A stretch of 64,000 nt of DNA from Naegleria gruberi (Eukaryota): assembly GCA_000004985.1 (NCBI GenBank), contig GG738904.1; one strand, written 5' to 3'. The translations under genes and the position numbers were made by a program. The notes below the pieces were generated by a model. That model searched no databases and was not told where the DNA came from. It saw nothing but the letters and a program-made list of their open reading frames with translations. How positions within the stretch are numbered: position 1 is the first letter of the stretch; every line of letters begins with the position of its first letter. Positions 20,191-30,622 of the stretch are shown piece by piece.

Positions 20191-22920
20191 ATGTTTTCAT
20201 CACTGAAAGAGTTCGAAAGTTCTCCTTTCTTCTCCTTTCCCTGCAACAGCCGTTTGAATTTCATCAAAATGATCTACTCTCTGCAAACTCATGTCAAAGT
20301 GTCAGAACCCAACAGAAAAAAATACATCAACATCATGACATTTTCATCATCTCCACAACAGCAGCTGATAAGAACACTTACAACAACAATATTCATACTA
20401 TTATTCATCACATCTTTCATCCATGCCAATGTCTATGACTTTTTACATAATGCCACTATCAAGACACAATCAACAATAACAAATTATAATTCCCTGAATG
20501 CGACTATTGTAAATATACCGATTGCTTATCAAGTTTATGTAAACAAATTGGCAAAACTTCAAACAGGATCATCAACATTTGAAGATGTCTCTGATTTTAT
20601 TGGTAGTTCATTGGATTTTCTGACATCTTCAACGAATCCTAGATGTGTCATTTCACAAGATTATGACACCTTTCCAAGTATTAACAAGTATAAGGAAACG
20701 TATAATACTATTGTGAAAAGCATGTCAAATGCCTCGGATGTTTGTAATAATCCTACTGTGATTAATACGGGATCGATACCTATTGAAACGGCTCACTATT
20801 CGTATATTATTAATCAAGTTTCTCCTAGTGTGGTTATTTCTACATTAGATTCGTATGAAAAATGGTTGAATATTTTGAGAAATTCTATGGTTTCGAAGAA
20901 TACGAGACTTTCACTTTGGAATGCAACATTTAGTGATGCATTCAAGACACAACCAGTGCATAATGCACCATTTTCTTTTGATTTTGTTCCTTATTCAAAT
21001 TGGAGTAAACTCTACACAGATAGTACAATGAGAAAGGAGCTGATATCATATCTTCAGGAGGATATAGTGACGGATATGGCCTTGTTTAAGTTATTCTATT
21101 CTACACATTTGAAAAATAATGGAACTGGACTTGCTTATTCACCAATTAGTAGTAAGAGTGTAAATTGTGGCTCAATATTTACCAATTCTACACTCAGATA
21201 TCAATATCATGCAGCCATTATGAGGATTAATGCTCGATTGGCCTATTTTCTTACCAAAGCACCAACTGGATCGAGTAGAAATGTTTCTACAGTATTTAAC
21301 TTGGCACTATTCAATGCCAAAACATATTTTGATGATTCAGTTGTTTCCATTGATTATAGTTTCAATTTTGAAGCAACTAGAAGAATGTTATTCAATGGAA
21401 TATTTGATGACTTTCTTTCTCTATTCATCAAAAATCCTTCCAGCAAATATTTGACATTTACCTCATCTGATTTGCAAGATGTCTATGCTTACTTTGTTCA
21501 TCCAGCATGTTTCACTTACTATTATACCTACAGCCAATTGTATCTCAGCACAACAGACTCTACTTCACCAATAATAGCCAATGATGCCATTTACATTACA
21601 ATTGCGAGTGTTGGATTTTTAATTTTCATGACTAATTTATTTGCCTACTTTTTAGGATTTAAAATCATGACCAAGAAGAGACTCTTCTTACCATTGTCTG
21701 CTCCTCCATTCCTATTTACATTGTGCATTTTCTTTGTGTATGGAGTCAAGTCGAATATTCCAACTGAATCTTATTGGGTTCAAATGGCTTTGGCATTCTT
21801 CCCTGCTCCATTATTTATTGCCTCATATTTAGTTTCAGTTTCCAGATTTACCTATTTGAAGAATATTGAAAAGTGCACCAAGTATTGTTGCAAATCTTTG
21901 AGATTTCACAGATGCATGACCTCTAGAGGAATTTCCATATTTGCTGCATTATTTTTGACTATATTCCTCTTCATTGTTTGTGGCATTCCAATCCTGATTG
22001 TTTTAGTTGCTCTTGTCTTTTCATTTGTCAATTTCCCAACTGAAATTGTTATTTTAATGATTGCTATCCAGACAATTTTATTGCTTTTCATAGCAACTTT
22101 ATTCTTTATATTTGATTTGGCCTCCTCTGGTATCAATACAATCAAAAAGAAGGGTCTCTCCTATTATTTGGCTTTTGACGATCCATTCATGTATAGAACA
22201 GATCTCTTCTTGATGTTTATCATGTTTCTCTCGGCCATTCCTTTCATAACAGGTGCCATTCAGGATTCTTTCGATTTCTTTGTTTTGAGAAAGATTGCCT
22301 CCATCATTTATTTCCTTTGTTTCTATCTAGTTTTGGGAGGAAGTGTTTCTTTGAAATTCTGGTTTGATACCCTTTCAAAACTTGTAAGAAAGAAAACAGA
22401 TATTACTCATGACTTGCAAAAGTACATGAATGTGGAATCATTCAGAGAAATGTTCAAATCATATTGTGAAAATGAATTTTCAAGTGAAAATTATCTTTTA
22501 TATGAGGAATTGGAAAAATTACAACAGAAAGGAAAAGTCTATGAGGATGATCTTGTCAGAATTAATACATTGTACTTGGCCAATCGTGCTCAATATGAAG
22601 TCAATTTGCCATCTGTCACCAAGAGAAAGTTTAGAGAGTTATTGGAAGATTTTGACATTACTGCTTTTGAAGGAGGAAGTATTGAATCAGATTCTTCCAT
22701 TCCACTCTCAGATACATCAGGTTCCTCCTCTCAAGCACTAGTTTCCAGTCAACCAAAAAAGAAGAAATGCATCACTGTTCAACAATTGAAAGATGTTTTA
22801 GCATTTGAAGTTGTCAAAAACATGGTCGACACTTACAGTAGATTGGAATTGACTTCTGAATTTAACAAATGGAAAGAATTGAATGATTTTAAAGCAGAAC
22901 AAATGGGAGTCGATGTTTAA
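20191..22920 (+). CDS. Multi-pass membrane protein with C-terminal RGS domain
   Basis: The likely start is MTFSS at ~20335, with a signal peptide. An ~450-aa ectodomain is followed by ~7 hydrophobic helices and a C-terminal RGS domain, SFREMFKSYCENEFSSENYLLYEELEKL...YLANRAQYEVNL. Confidence 0.6.
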   Translation: MFSSLKEFESSPFFSFPCNSRLNFIKMIYSLQTHVKVSEPNRKKYINIMTFSSSPQQQLIRTLTTTIFILLFITSFIHANVYDFLHNATIKTQSTITNYNSLNATIVNIPIAYQVYVNKLAKLQTGSSTFEDVSDFIGSSLDFLTSSTNPRCVISQDYDTFPSINKYKETYNTIVKSMSNASDVCNNPTVINTGSIPIETAHYSYIINQVSPSVVISTLDSYEKWLNILRNSMVSKNTRLSLWNATFSDAFKTQPVHNAPFSFDFVPYSNWSKLYTDSTMRKELISYLQEDIVTDMALFKLFYSTHLKNNGTGLAYSPISSKSVNCGSIFTNSTLRYQYHAAIMRINARLAYFLTKAPTGSSRNVSTVFNLALFNAKTYFDDSVVSIDYSFNFEATRRMLFNGIFDDFLSLFIKNPSSKYLTFTSSDLQDVYAYFVHPACFTYYYTYSQLYLSTTDSTSPIIANDAIYITIASVGFLIFMTNLFAYFLGFKIMTKKRLFLPLSAPPFLFTLCIFFVYGVKSNIPTESYWVQMALAFFPAPLFIASYLVSVSRFTYLKNIEKCTKYCCKSLRFHRCMTSRGISIFAALFLTIFLFIVCGIPILIVLVALVFSFVNFPTEIVILMIAIQTILLLFIATLFFIFDLASSGINTIKKKGLSYYLAFDDPFMYRTDLFLMFIMFLSAIPFITGAIQDSFDFFVLRKIASIIYFLCFYLVLGGSVSLKFWFDTLSKLVRKKTDITHDLQKYMNVESFREMFKSYCENEFSSENYLLYEELEKLQQKGKVYEDDLVRINTLYLANRAQYEVNLPSVTKRKFRELLEDFDITAFEGGSIESDSSIPLSDTSGSSSQALVSSQPKKKKCITVQQLKDVLAFEVVKNMVDTYSRLELTSEFNKWKELNDFKAEQMGVDV

Positions 22921-23238
22921 TCCTCAATCTTTCAATAAAAAGTTTGACAAATTTCAAAATATTTAAATATTTGAATAAGTTCATAGATTCGAATTTCGGC
23001 AACATCATCTCGTACACAAAATCTCTCACTATTGCAAAGCACGATCGCTCAAAAAACCAAATAACCACAGCGCCAAAGCATCCTTATTTGGAAAAACTAA
23101 TATCCGTCATCGCACGCTCACCATTTCGGGGAATATATTACAGAGAAAGAATCGACCAACAAATAATTGAAATAAATTCCTCACCTTCTCCAAGGAGAAA
23201 TTCCCAACAATTTGAAAAAAAACAAAGAAAACATCGTC

Positions 23239-24928
23239 ATGGCTTTAAGCGAAATTATTTTGGGAATTGTTTGCGTTTTTGCTGCAATTCTTCTCTTCTT
23301 CCTCATTTCAATTTATAATAATTATAAGAAAGTGAGTCACATTCCAGGTGCTTTCCAATTCTTCTTGACTTTTAAGAATATTCCAATCATTTCACCTTAT
23401 TTGAGTTTCGATGGACACAAGAGAATGGAACAATTGGTCAAAACTCACGGAGATCCAAAAACTGGACTTGTCAGATTATCCATGTTCGATAGAAATATGG
23501 TTGTAGTTTCAGATAGAGACATGTTGAAGGAATTGTTGGTCGTTAAGGGTGGAATTTTCATCAAATCTTGGAAATTATATGAAGTTTTCAATGCTTTCGG
23601 CAAGAATATCTTATCAATTCTCGATGGTACCAGTGATTCATGGAAAAATCATCACAAAGTAGCTTCAGGTGCTTTTGCTTCTAAAAATTTGGAATACATG
23701 TCAAGAGTTGCCTCAAAATCTTTGGATTTGTGTAAGGAAAGTAAATGGGATGGTGAAATGGAAAAGGCATTGAAGGAAGGAAAGGAAGGTATTATTATTG
23801 ATACCAATGCTGATTTTAGTGATATTACTTTGGGTAAGTTTCGAATTTTGACATTGTCATGTTGACCTTTCGAATAATAGACGTTCTTGGTAAGGCTGCT
23901 TTCGGTTTGGACTTTTCCATCTTTGATGAAACTAACCCAGAAGGTAGAATTTTCAGAAAATCCCTCGAAAAGATGTTTACCACTGGTGTAATCTTAAAAC
24001 GTTTCGTCGGATTAAATCCAGTCCTTTCCTGGGCTTTCCCATGGGCTTGCAAATATACTGGTTTAGATAAGGCAGTAAAAGTTGTGAGTGATAAGTTGGA
24101 TGCAATCATTGCGGAAAGAACTCGTGAAGTAGAATTGCGTGGAATGGAAGATGGAAACACATCCGAAACTGGTGTTGAAGAAAGAAAGGATTTGTTGAGT
24201 GTTTTGGTTGAAGCCAATTTCATTCAAAAGGGAATCTTGTCAGGTGATGAACTCAAATCTGACGCTTATATCTTTTCGCTTGCTGGGTATGTATTCGAAT
24301 TTTAAACTATTTGTCCTAATTTATTTTCATAGACATGAGGTTCGTATTTGCAAATTTACAATTTTTTGTAATGATTTTTTTATTTGAAATTTTAGACAAC
24401 TTCAACAACTTTACAATGGGTTTGTTACGAATTATCAACAAAACCAGATATTCAAAATAAGATTCGTGAAGAGATTGATTTACATCTCGGAAAGGGTGTA
24501 AATGCCAGAGCTCCAAACTTTGACGATTATCCAATTATGAACTATGTCAATGCTGTCATTATGGAAACTGCAAATAGAAGTGATCGAAACTGGGATAAAC
24601 CTTTAGAATTCATTCCAGAAAGATATCCAATGAATGCTGAAGAACAATTGAGAATTCAACATGATTTCACTTGGATTCCATTCTCTATGGGTAATCGTAA
24701 ATGCATTGTAAGTACTTTTTGAAAATTTCACAAGTTTACAAAATTTTTCAGGGTTTCAAGTTTGCTCAAATTGAAGCTTTTACAATTCTTGTAAGATTAC
24801 TTCAATTCTATGAATTAGGATTGGATAATGATGAATCTAATCCAAAGGATCAAATTGTTGATGTTCCTGGCGTTACAGTTCGTCCAGGAAATTGTAGAAT
24901 TATTCTCAAACCAAGAAAGGATCTTTAA
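23239..24928 (+). CDS. Cytochrome P450 #2 (paralog of #1), 5 exons including a 7-nt micro-exon
   Basis: The exons are 23239-23833, 23881-24286, 24333-24339 (ACATGAG encoding (G)HE of AGHETT), 24396-24707 and 24752-24928. The donors are GTAAGT/GTATGT/GTTCGT and the introns are 44-56 nt, with consistent phases. The protein has ...DVLGKAAFGLDF...FSLAGHETTSTTLQWVCYEL...PFSMGNRKCIGFKFAQIEAF. Confidence 0.8.
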
Positions 24929-25509
24929 TTTCGAATACAATTTTGTAAATAGTAAAAATAAATAAAATAATTTAATTCATAATATTGTTGATGATACAGT
25001 GGAGGTTGAAAATGCAATTACAAGTTGTGGTTGTTTGAAAATTTATGGAGCTTGTCAGAGGGTAAATACTGACATGTACAGTTGACAAGATCTTGAGTAA
25101 TAATGAAGATCTTTTGGAGTTTAGAATCAATTTTGTTAACACTTACAATTGGATGTTTCTCATCCTCTTCGATCTGAGCTTTACAGCAAGTAATATTTCC
25201 AAAAATAGCTATTGTTTGCAATGTTAAAAAAATTAATGAGACACATTTTCGATATTTTGTTTAAAATTACCTCAAATGCAAGGTGGAAAAACAAAATTAT
25301 TTCTTTTAAGGTCTAAGTGTTTCATAATATGTCTGTTGCCAACAACCTGCCAATCCACTACAAATTAAATCTGCACAGCTTTTGAAAATAACATTTTGCG
25401 TCTAAACCACACGCCCCAACAAAAAAAATGCAACAAACAAGAATGCTTCACTCATCACCCAACCATTCCCACAACACCAACAACAAAAAAATCACAATAT
25501 TAATTCATC

Positions 25510-26389
25510 ATGAGCAAAGGTATAAACAAATCATCAGTAAGTAACCATATAAACAAGTACTCTAATAATTATAAAAGAACACTAAGAAGAAAACTAACAC
25601 CAAGACAACTGTGAAGAAAACCAACACCAAGAACACTGTGAAGAATACCAATACCAAGAACACTGTGAAGAACACTGTGAAGAACACCAATAAGAAGAAT
25701 ACCATCAAAAAGAAGAATCCAAAGCGTAAGTGTTATTGTTATTTATTAATTTACTAACATTGTTAATAGTTGCTCGGGAAGTTGTCAATTACACAACTGT
25801 GAATGCCAAATGGTTCCTTTATGCTCCAACCACCACCGAAAGTGGTTTCAAAGCTACATTTATTCCAGTCAGTGGTCCATTTAACAGAGTTGAAGAAATG
25901 AAACGAGTTGCTTGTTTGCAAATGTTTTGTGAAAGTTGTGCTATAACTTTGGGTTTTTATTTGGATCCAAGTATGTTCAAAAGATTTCAAACTGGTATTC
26001 GTATTGCATCATTGAAACCTGAATGGTTCTCTCATTATTTCGAGTCATGTGGTGGAAAAATGAAAAACAGAGTTCAATATATTCGTTACAATGGTCACAG
26101 TTTGAGTATTACTTGTCCTTCTTATGAATTCTATGGTTTGGAAAATATGCCACCTTTGAATTGTAATGGTAGTTATGCAAGCACGGTTTTTCAAGTTTCC
26201 CAACCAATATTGATGAACCATCCATTTCAACCACACTTTAAATGGATTGAACAGTGGAAATTTGTTTACAGATTGTATTTCTCTAAACTCGTATTTATAT
26301 GCAATCCAGTAACGAATATGGTTTCAGTAGATTTGGAATTTACAAAGGATGTACAAAGTATGGATTGTACTGGTTTCCAAATTGTTTAA
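25510..26389 (+). CDS. Hypothetical protein with N-terminal K/N/T-rich tandem-repeat region, 3 exons
   Basis: Exon 1 is 25510-25536 (MSKGINKSS). A 41-nt GTAAGT intron follows. Exon 2 is 25578-25725 and encodes (NTVKNT)n repeats from a 21-nt DNA tandem repeat, aacactgtgaagaa(c/t)accaa. A 44-nt intron with a ttTACTAACat branch site follows. Exon 3 is 25770-26389 and has no recognised domain. Confidence 0.5.
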
Positions 26390-26399
26390 TAAATAATTT

Positions 26400-26879
26400 T
26401 TATTCATTAAAATCAATTAATGACAAGTCACATTCTTCTCGTTTCAATTTCAAGAATAGCACATTATTGAACTTGAATGGATTTTCTGCTAAATTGTCTG
26501 TTGTATCAACATGAACAAATAAAGACTTGAAGGCTCTATTTTCTGCATACAAAATTGAATTTAAAGAGTAAAGTTTTAATCTTCGGGTTGCAGAGGGTAA
26601 ATCAAATACTTCACGTAGAATTTTCAAATATTTAGTATCTGTAAATTCTACAACACCTTCATCCTCATCAATTCCATAATCAATCAAAGTTCTTTTTAAT
26701 TCATCCATTAGAGCTCTTGGATTAACAATAGATGGTTTCATAACACAATTCGGAATATACAGATGATCATAAAATTGATCATCTGTAATTTCTTCTCCTT
26801 CACAACAAATCATAACTACGGGCAATTCGTAAATGGTGTTATAAATAGGAATTATATTGGCTTCAGCAACACGAGGCAT
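26400..26879 (-). CDS. Hypothetical protein (160 aa; the extended N-terminus in the ORF track is translation of the upstream repeat)
   Basis: The likely start is MPRVAEANIIPIYNT. The ORF track extends it through the 78-bp repeat, which is probably 5'UTR or promoter. Confidence 0.4.
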   Translation of the reverse strand: MPRVAEANIIPIYNTIYELPVVMICCEGEEITDDQFYDHLYIPNCVMKPSIVNPRALMDELKRTLIDYGIDEDEGVVEFTDTKYLKILREVFDLPSATRRLKLYSLNSILYAENRAFKSLFVHVDTTDNLAENPFKFNNVLFLKLKREECDLSLIDFNE

Positions 26880-26890
26880 TTTGTCAGTTA

Positions 26891-26968
26891 AAATATTTGA
26901 TCGTCGATTCCCCGTGCCAGTGTTGTGGTAGTAAAAGTGATTCCGTAATCGACTCTCAAAAAAACTGA
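26891..26968. repeat. Direct repeat copy 1 (~78 bp), immediately 5' of the H3-variant ATG
   Basis: aaaatatttgatcgtcgattccccgtgccagtgttgtggtagtaaaagtgattccgtaatcgactctcaaaaa matches 30545-30622 with 4 mismatches. It contains an internal inverted repeat, gtcgattcc...(g)gaatcgac. Confidence 0.7.
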
Positions 26969-26971
26969 AAA

Positions 26972-27532
26972 ATGACTCAAACTTCTTCATCAACAGCAGA
27001 AACATCTACAGAAACCTCGGAAGTTCCAAACAACACATCAACCAAAACACCATCAACAACACCATCAAAAACACTATCAAAAACATCAACCAAAACACCA
27101 TCAAAAACATCAACCAAAACACCATCAAAAACACCAAGAAAAACACCAAGAAAAACACCAAAAAAAACACCAGCAAAGAAATCTGCAAAAAAACCATTCA
27201 CAGGAGGAATTAAAAAGCCACACAGATATAGACCAGGTACTGTAGCTTTAAGAGAAATCCGAAAGTATCAAAAAAGCACTGAATTATTGATAAAAAAAAA
27301 ACCTTTTTGTAGGTTGGTGAGAGAAGTTGCTCAAGATTACAAATCTGATGTTAGATTTCAAGCGAATTCACTCCTTGCACTTCAAGAAGCAGCTGAGGCA
27401 TTTATTATTGATATTTTTGAGGATACTAATCTTTGTGCCATTCACTCCAAAAGAGTTACTATTTTGCTCAAAGATATGCAACTTGCATTAAGAGTAAAAG
27501 GTGTTAATTATATTGGTTTATTAAATAAATAA
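26972..27532 (+). CDS. Histone H3 variant with extended repetitive N-terminal tail
   Basis: The histone fold [94 protein letters not shown] is near-identical in layout to canonical H3. The N-tail is replaced by (K)[22 protein letters not shown] repeats. The gene has no intron. Confidence 0.8.
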   Translation: MTQTSSSTAETSTETSEVPNNTSTKTPSTTPSKTLSKTSTKTPSKTSTKTPSKTPRKTPRKTPKKTPAKKSAKKPFTGGIKKPHRYRPGTVALREIRKYQKSTELLIKKKPFCRLVREVAQDYKSDVRFQANSLLALQEAAEAFIIDIFEDTNLCAIHSKRVTILLKDMQLALRVKGVNYIGLLNK

Positions 27533-27565
27533 TATTAATCATCATCATTTAATATCTTTAAAAAA

Positions 27566-27749
27566 ATGTCTTGTACTTTAGAAGATATTTTTCAAGACAC
27601 ACAATTCAAAAAGTTCAACGATAAAGGAAAACCGTATTGTGAAGGAGTTGTACATTTAAAACAAGAAGACTTATACAAATTTTTAGGAATAAAAGAAGTT
27701 AAAAAGAAAAGGATATTAGAAACCTCCGAATTAAATCGATGTAAAAATG
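27566..27749 (+). CDS. SAM-domain-like N-terminal ORF running into the assembly gap (partial)
   Basis: MSCTLEDIFQDTQFKKFNDKGKPYCEGVVHLKQEDLYKFLGIKEVKKKRIL shows the SAM pattern L..DL..LGI....R..IL. The ORF continues as X because of the N run. Confidence 0.4.
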
Positions 27750-28919
27750 NNNNNNNNNNNNNNNNNNNNNNNNNNNNNNNNNNNNNNNNNNNNNNNNNNN
27801 NNNNNNNNNNNNNNNNNNNNNNNNNNNNNNNNNNNNNNNNNNNNNNNNNNNNNNNNNNNNNNNNNNNNNNNNNNNNNNNNNNNNNNNNNNNNNNNNNNNN
27901 NNNNNNNNNNNNNNNNNNNNNNNNNNNNNNNNNNNNNNNNNNNNNNNNNNNNNNNNNNNNNNNNNNNNNNNNNNNNNNNNNNNNNNNNNNNNNNNNNNNN
28001 NNNNNNNNNNNNNNNNNNNNNNNNNNNNNNNNNNNNNNNNNNNNNNNNNNNNNNNNNNNNNNNNNNNNNNNNNNNNNNNNNNNNNNNNNNNNNNNNNNNN
28101 NNNNNNNNNNNNNNNNNNNNNNNNNNNNNNNNNNNNNNNNNNNNNNNNNNNNNNNNNNNNNNNNNNNNNNNNNNNNNNNNNNNNNNNNNNNNNNNNNNNN
28201 NNNNNNNNNNNNNNNNNNNNNNNNNNNNNNNNNNNNNNNNNNNNNNNNNNNNNNNNNNNNNNNNNNNNNNNNNNNNNNNNNNNNNNNNNNNNNNNNNNNN
28301 NNNNNNNNNNNNNNNNNNNNNNNNNNNNNNNNNNNNNNNNNNNNNNNNNNNNNNNNNNNNNNNNNNNNNNNNNNNNNNNNNNNNNNNNNNNNNNNNNNNN
28401 NNNNNNNNNNNNNNNNNNNNNNNNNNNNNNNNNNNNNNNNNNNNNNNNNNNNNNNNNNNNNNNNNNNNNNNNNNNNNNNNNNNNNNNNNNNNNNNNNNNN
28501 NNNNNNNNNNNNNNNNNNNNNNNNNNNNNNNNNNNNNNNNNNNNNNNNNNNNNNNNNNNNNNNNNNNNNNNNNNNNNNNNNNNNNNNNNNNNNNNNNNNN
28601 NNNNNNNNNNNNNNNNNNNNNNNNNNNNNNNNNNNNNNNNNNNNNNNNNNNNNNNNNNNNNNNNNNNNNNNNNNNNNNNNNNNNNNNNNNNNNNNNNNNN
28701 NNNNNNNNNNNNNNNNNNNNNNNNNNNNNNNNNNNNNNNNNNNNNNNNNNNNNNNNNNNNNNNNNNNNNNNNNNNNNNNNNNNNNNNNNNNNNNNNNNNN
28801 NNNNNNNNNNNNNNNNNNNNNNNNNNNNNNNNNNNNNNNNNNNNNNNNNNNNNNNNNNNNNNNNNNNNNNNNNNNNNNNNNNNNNNNNNNNNNNNNNNNN
28901 NNNNNNNNNNNNNNNNNNN
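27750..28919. other. Assembly gap (N run, ~1170 nt)
   Basis: A continuous run of n. ORF-track proteins made of X (27566..28951, 27592..28938, front of 27747..30545) are artefacts of the gap. Confidence 0.95.
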
Positions 28920-30545
28920 TTACATACTGTTCACACAAGAAAACAGAATGATAAAGTATGTGTAGATAAATTACCAGAAAAAGTAATGATTAAATTGTCA
29001 ATGGATGGTAGAGAATTTGGAAATTTACGAACAGTTGTAGTTACTTTGAATATTTTAAATTTACATTTATTCGGAACACAAGAAAGAGACTGTGTTTTCC
29101 CAATTCTAATGTATATAGGTGAAGAGAAAGATATTATTAATTATATAACTGAAATTGAAAAAGAAGTTATTGAACTTTCTACCAAACATATTACTATCAA
29201 AGAAAACGAGCATGATGCTACACTATCACTTGAAAATACAACCCAAACAATTCCATTAGAATTCTATTGGGTGAGTGATTTAAAATCACTTGAATATTGT
29301 TCATTATTGAAAGAACATGCTATGTTTTGTCCTTTCTGCAACATTAAGAAACAAAATTCATTGTCTGGGATTTGTTCTGAAAATAGTAGAAATTTACAAC
29401 ACAAAATGGGTGTTAAATCATCCAATATTTTCATATGCATTTTGCATATGGATGAACGAATTACTGAATATATTTTGAAAATGACCTTAAAAACTTCGGA
29501 ACTTGAAAAGCAAATGAAAACCAATATTTGTTCATTAGAAGGTTTTGCTGATTTTAATTTTCATTCATCAAGTGTTTTAGTGAAAGATACAATCGAAGAA
29601 GAAAATGCTCTCACAGTTAAGGAATATTCATTTATGTTATCTGGCGGGCATTGTAATAAGCTTTTTGGATCTTTTGATAAAGTTTTTGGATTTTTGAAAG
29701 ATTCAAACTCAAATATGTATAATATTTGGAAAAAATACAAATCAATTAGACAGTGGTTGTATTATACAAATGAAGATTTGGAAAAGAAATCATTAAAGGA
29801 TTGGGAAAATTTTGATTCTGAGTTAAATGAATGGAGATTGCTTTTTGTTCTACAAAAAGCTGATAGTGGAAGAATAGGAGATTACATTCATATTGCCACT
29901 GCACATCTTTATGACTTGCTTTCAACTTATGGAAGTCTGGTTCCTCTTTCAAATCAAGGTGTAGAAAGTTCTCATCAATTAGATTGTTTGATTATGGAAA
30001 GAGGGACAAGTAAGGGTAAAATGTCTATTGGTACCAAAAAAGCTCAAGCTGGCTCCTCAAAACCAAACGTGGAAACTGTATCCAAACCTGCTTCCCATAC
30101 TCTTGAGTCTAGTGATCTTGATAATGAGCAAGAACATAAGGAATTTAATTATGAATCATTTATTAAGAAGACAGAATCTTGTGACTGGAATGATTTATTC
30201 CAAGTTTGTCAAATCATGCTGAAGAAACTTAGAAAGTTGTATTTATCTTTTACTTGTGAAGAAGTACTATTTGTCCGGTTAGAAAGAAGGACTGGTAAGG
30301 TAATAAGAAAAGATTGGACAAGAGACATTTTAACTATGTCTCCCAACTTTACTCTGCCTATCCGAAAACCAACCAATGTTCTCATTCAAAAACCAGATAA
30401 CATTAACACTGAAGTGATATCTCCACAGCTTGCTCCATCCCAAGATGTTCCTAAAAGAACAGTTGAACTCAAACAATCCCAGGAATATGGATTGGTTGTG
30501 AATGGTGATGATGATGGGTTGATGAATGATGATGTCTTCTATTAA
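28920..30545 (+). CDS. Large uncharacterised ORF emerging from the gap (C-terminal ~540 aa), possibly the same gene as the SAM ORF
   Basis: The ORF is open from the gap edge: ...IKLSMDGREFGNLRTVVVTLNILN...CVFPILMYIGEEKD...FCPFC...ICILHMDE.... It has a C/H cluster but no confidently recognised domain, and an acidic tail. It is flanked by the 78-bp direct repeats. Confidence 0.45.
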   Translation, partial: LHTVHTRKQNDKVCVDKLPEKVMIKLSMDGREFGNLRTVVVTLNILNLHLFGTQERDCVFPILMYIGEEKDIINYITEIEKEVIELSTKHITIKENEHDATLSLENTTQTIPLEFYWVSDLKSLEYCSLLKEHAMFCPFCNIKKQNSLSGICSENSRNLQHKMGVKSSNIFICILHMDERITEYILKMTLKTSELEKQMKTNICSLEGFADFNFHSSSVLVKDTIEEENALTVKEYSFMLSGGHCNKLFGSFDKVFGFLKDSNSNMYNIWKKYKSIRQWLYYTNEDLEKKSLKDWENFDSELNEWRLLFVLQKADSGRIGDYIHIATAHLYDLLSTYGSLVPLSNQGVESSHQLDCLIMERGTSKGKMSIGTKKAQAGSSKPNVETVSKPASHTLESSDLDNEQEHKEFNYESFIKKTESCDWNDLFQVCQIMLKKLRKLYLSFTCEEVLFVRLERRTGKVIRKDWTRDILTMSPNFTLPIRKPTNVLIQKPDNINTEVISPQLAPSQDVPKRTVELKQSQEYGLVVNGDDDGLMNDDVFY

Positions 30546-30622
30546 AAATATTTGATCGTCGATTCCCCGTGCCAGTGTTGTGGTAGTCAAAGCGATTCCG
30601 GAATCGACTTTCAAAAATTCAA
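30545..30622. repeat. Direct repeat copy 2 (~78 bp), immediately 3' of the large 28920-30545 ORF
   Basis: The same element as copy 1. It is also followed within 10 bp by an ATG, here opening only a 21-codon ORF. Confidence 0.7.

Noticed and set aside
27566-28951. Long ORFs consisting of X residues on both strands
   Set aside because: They are translations of the N-run assembly gap (27750-28919), not sequence.
26891-30622. The 78-bp direct repeats as LTRs of a retrotransposon
   Set aside because: They are far too short for LTRs, have no TG...CA termini, and there is no gag/pol between them. I keep them as direct repeats of unknown nature.
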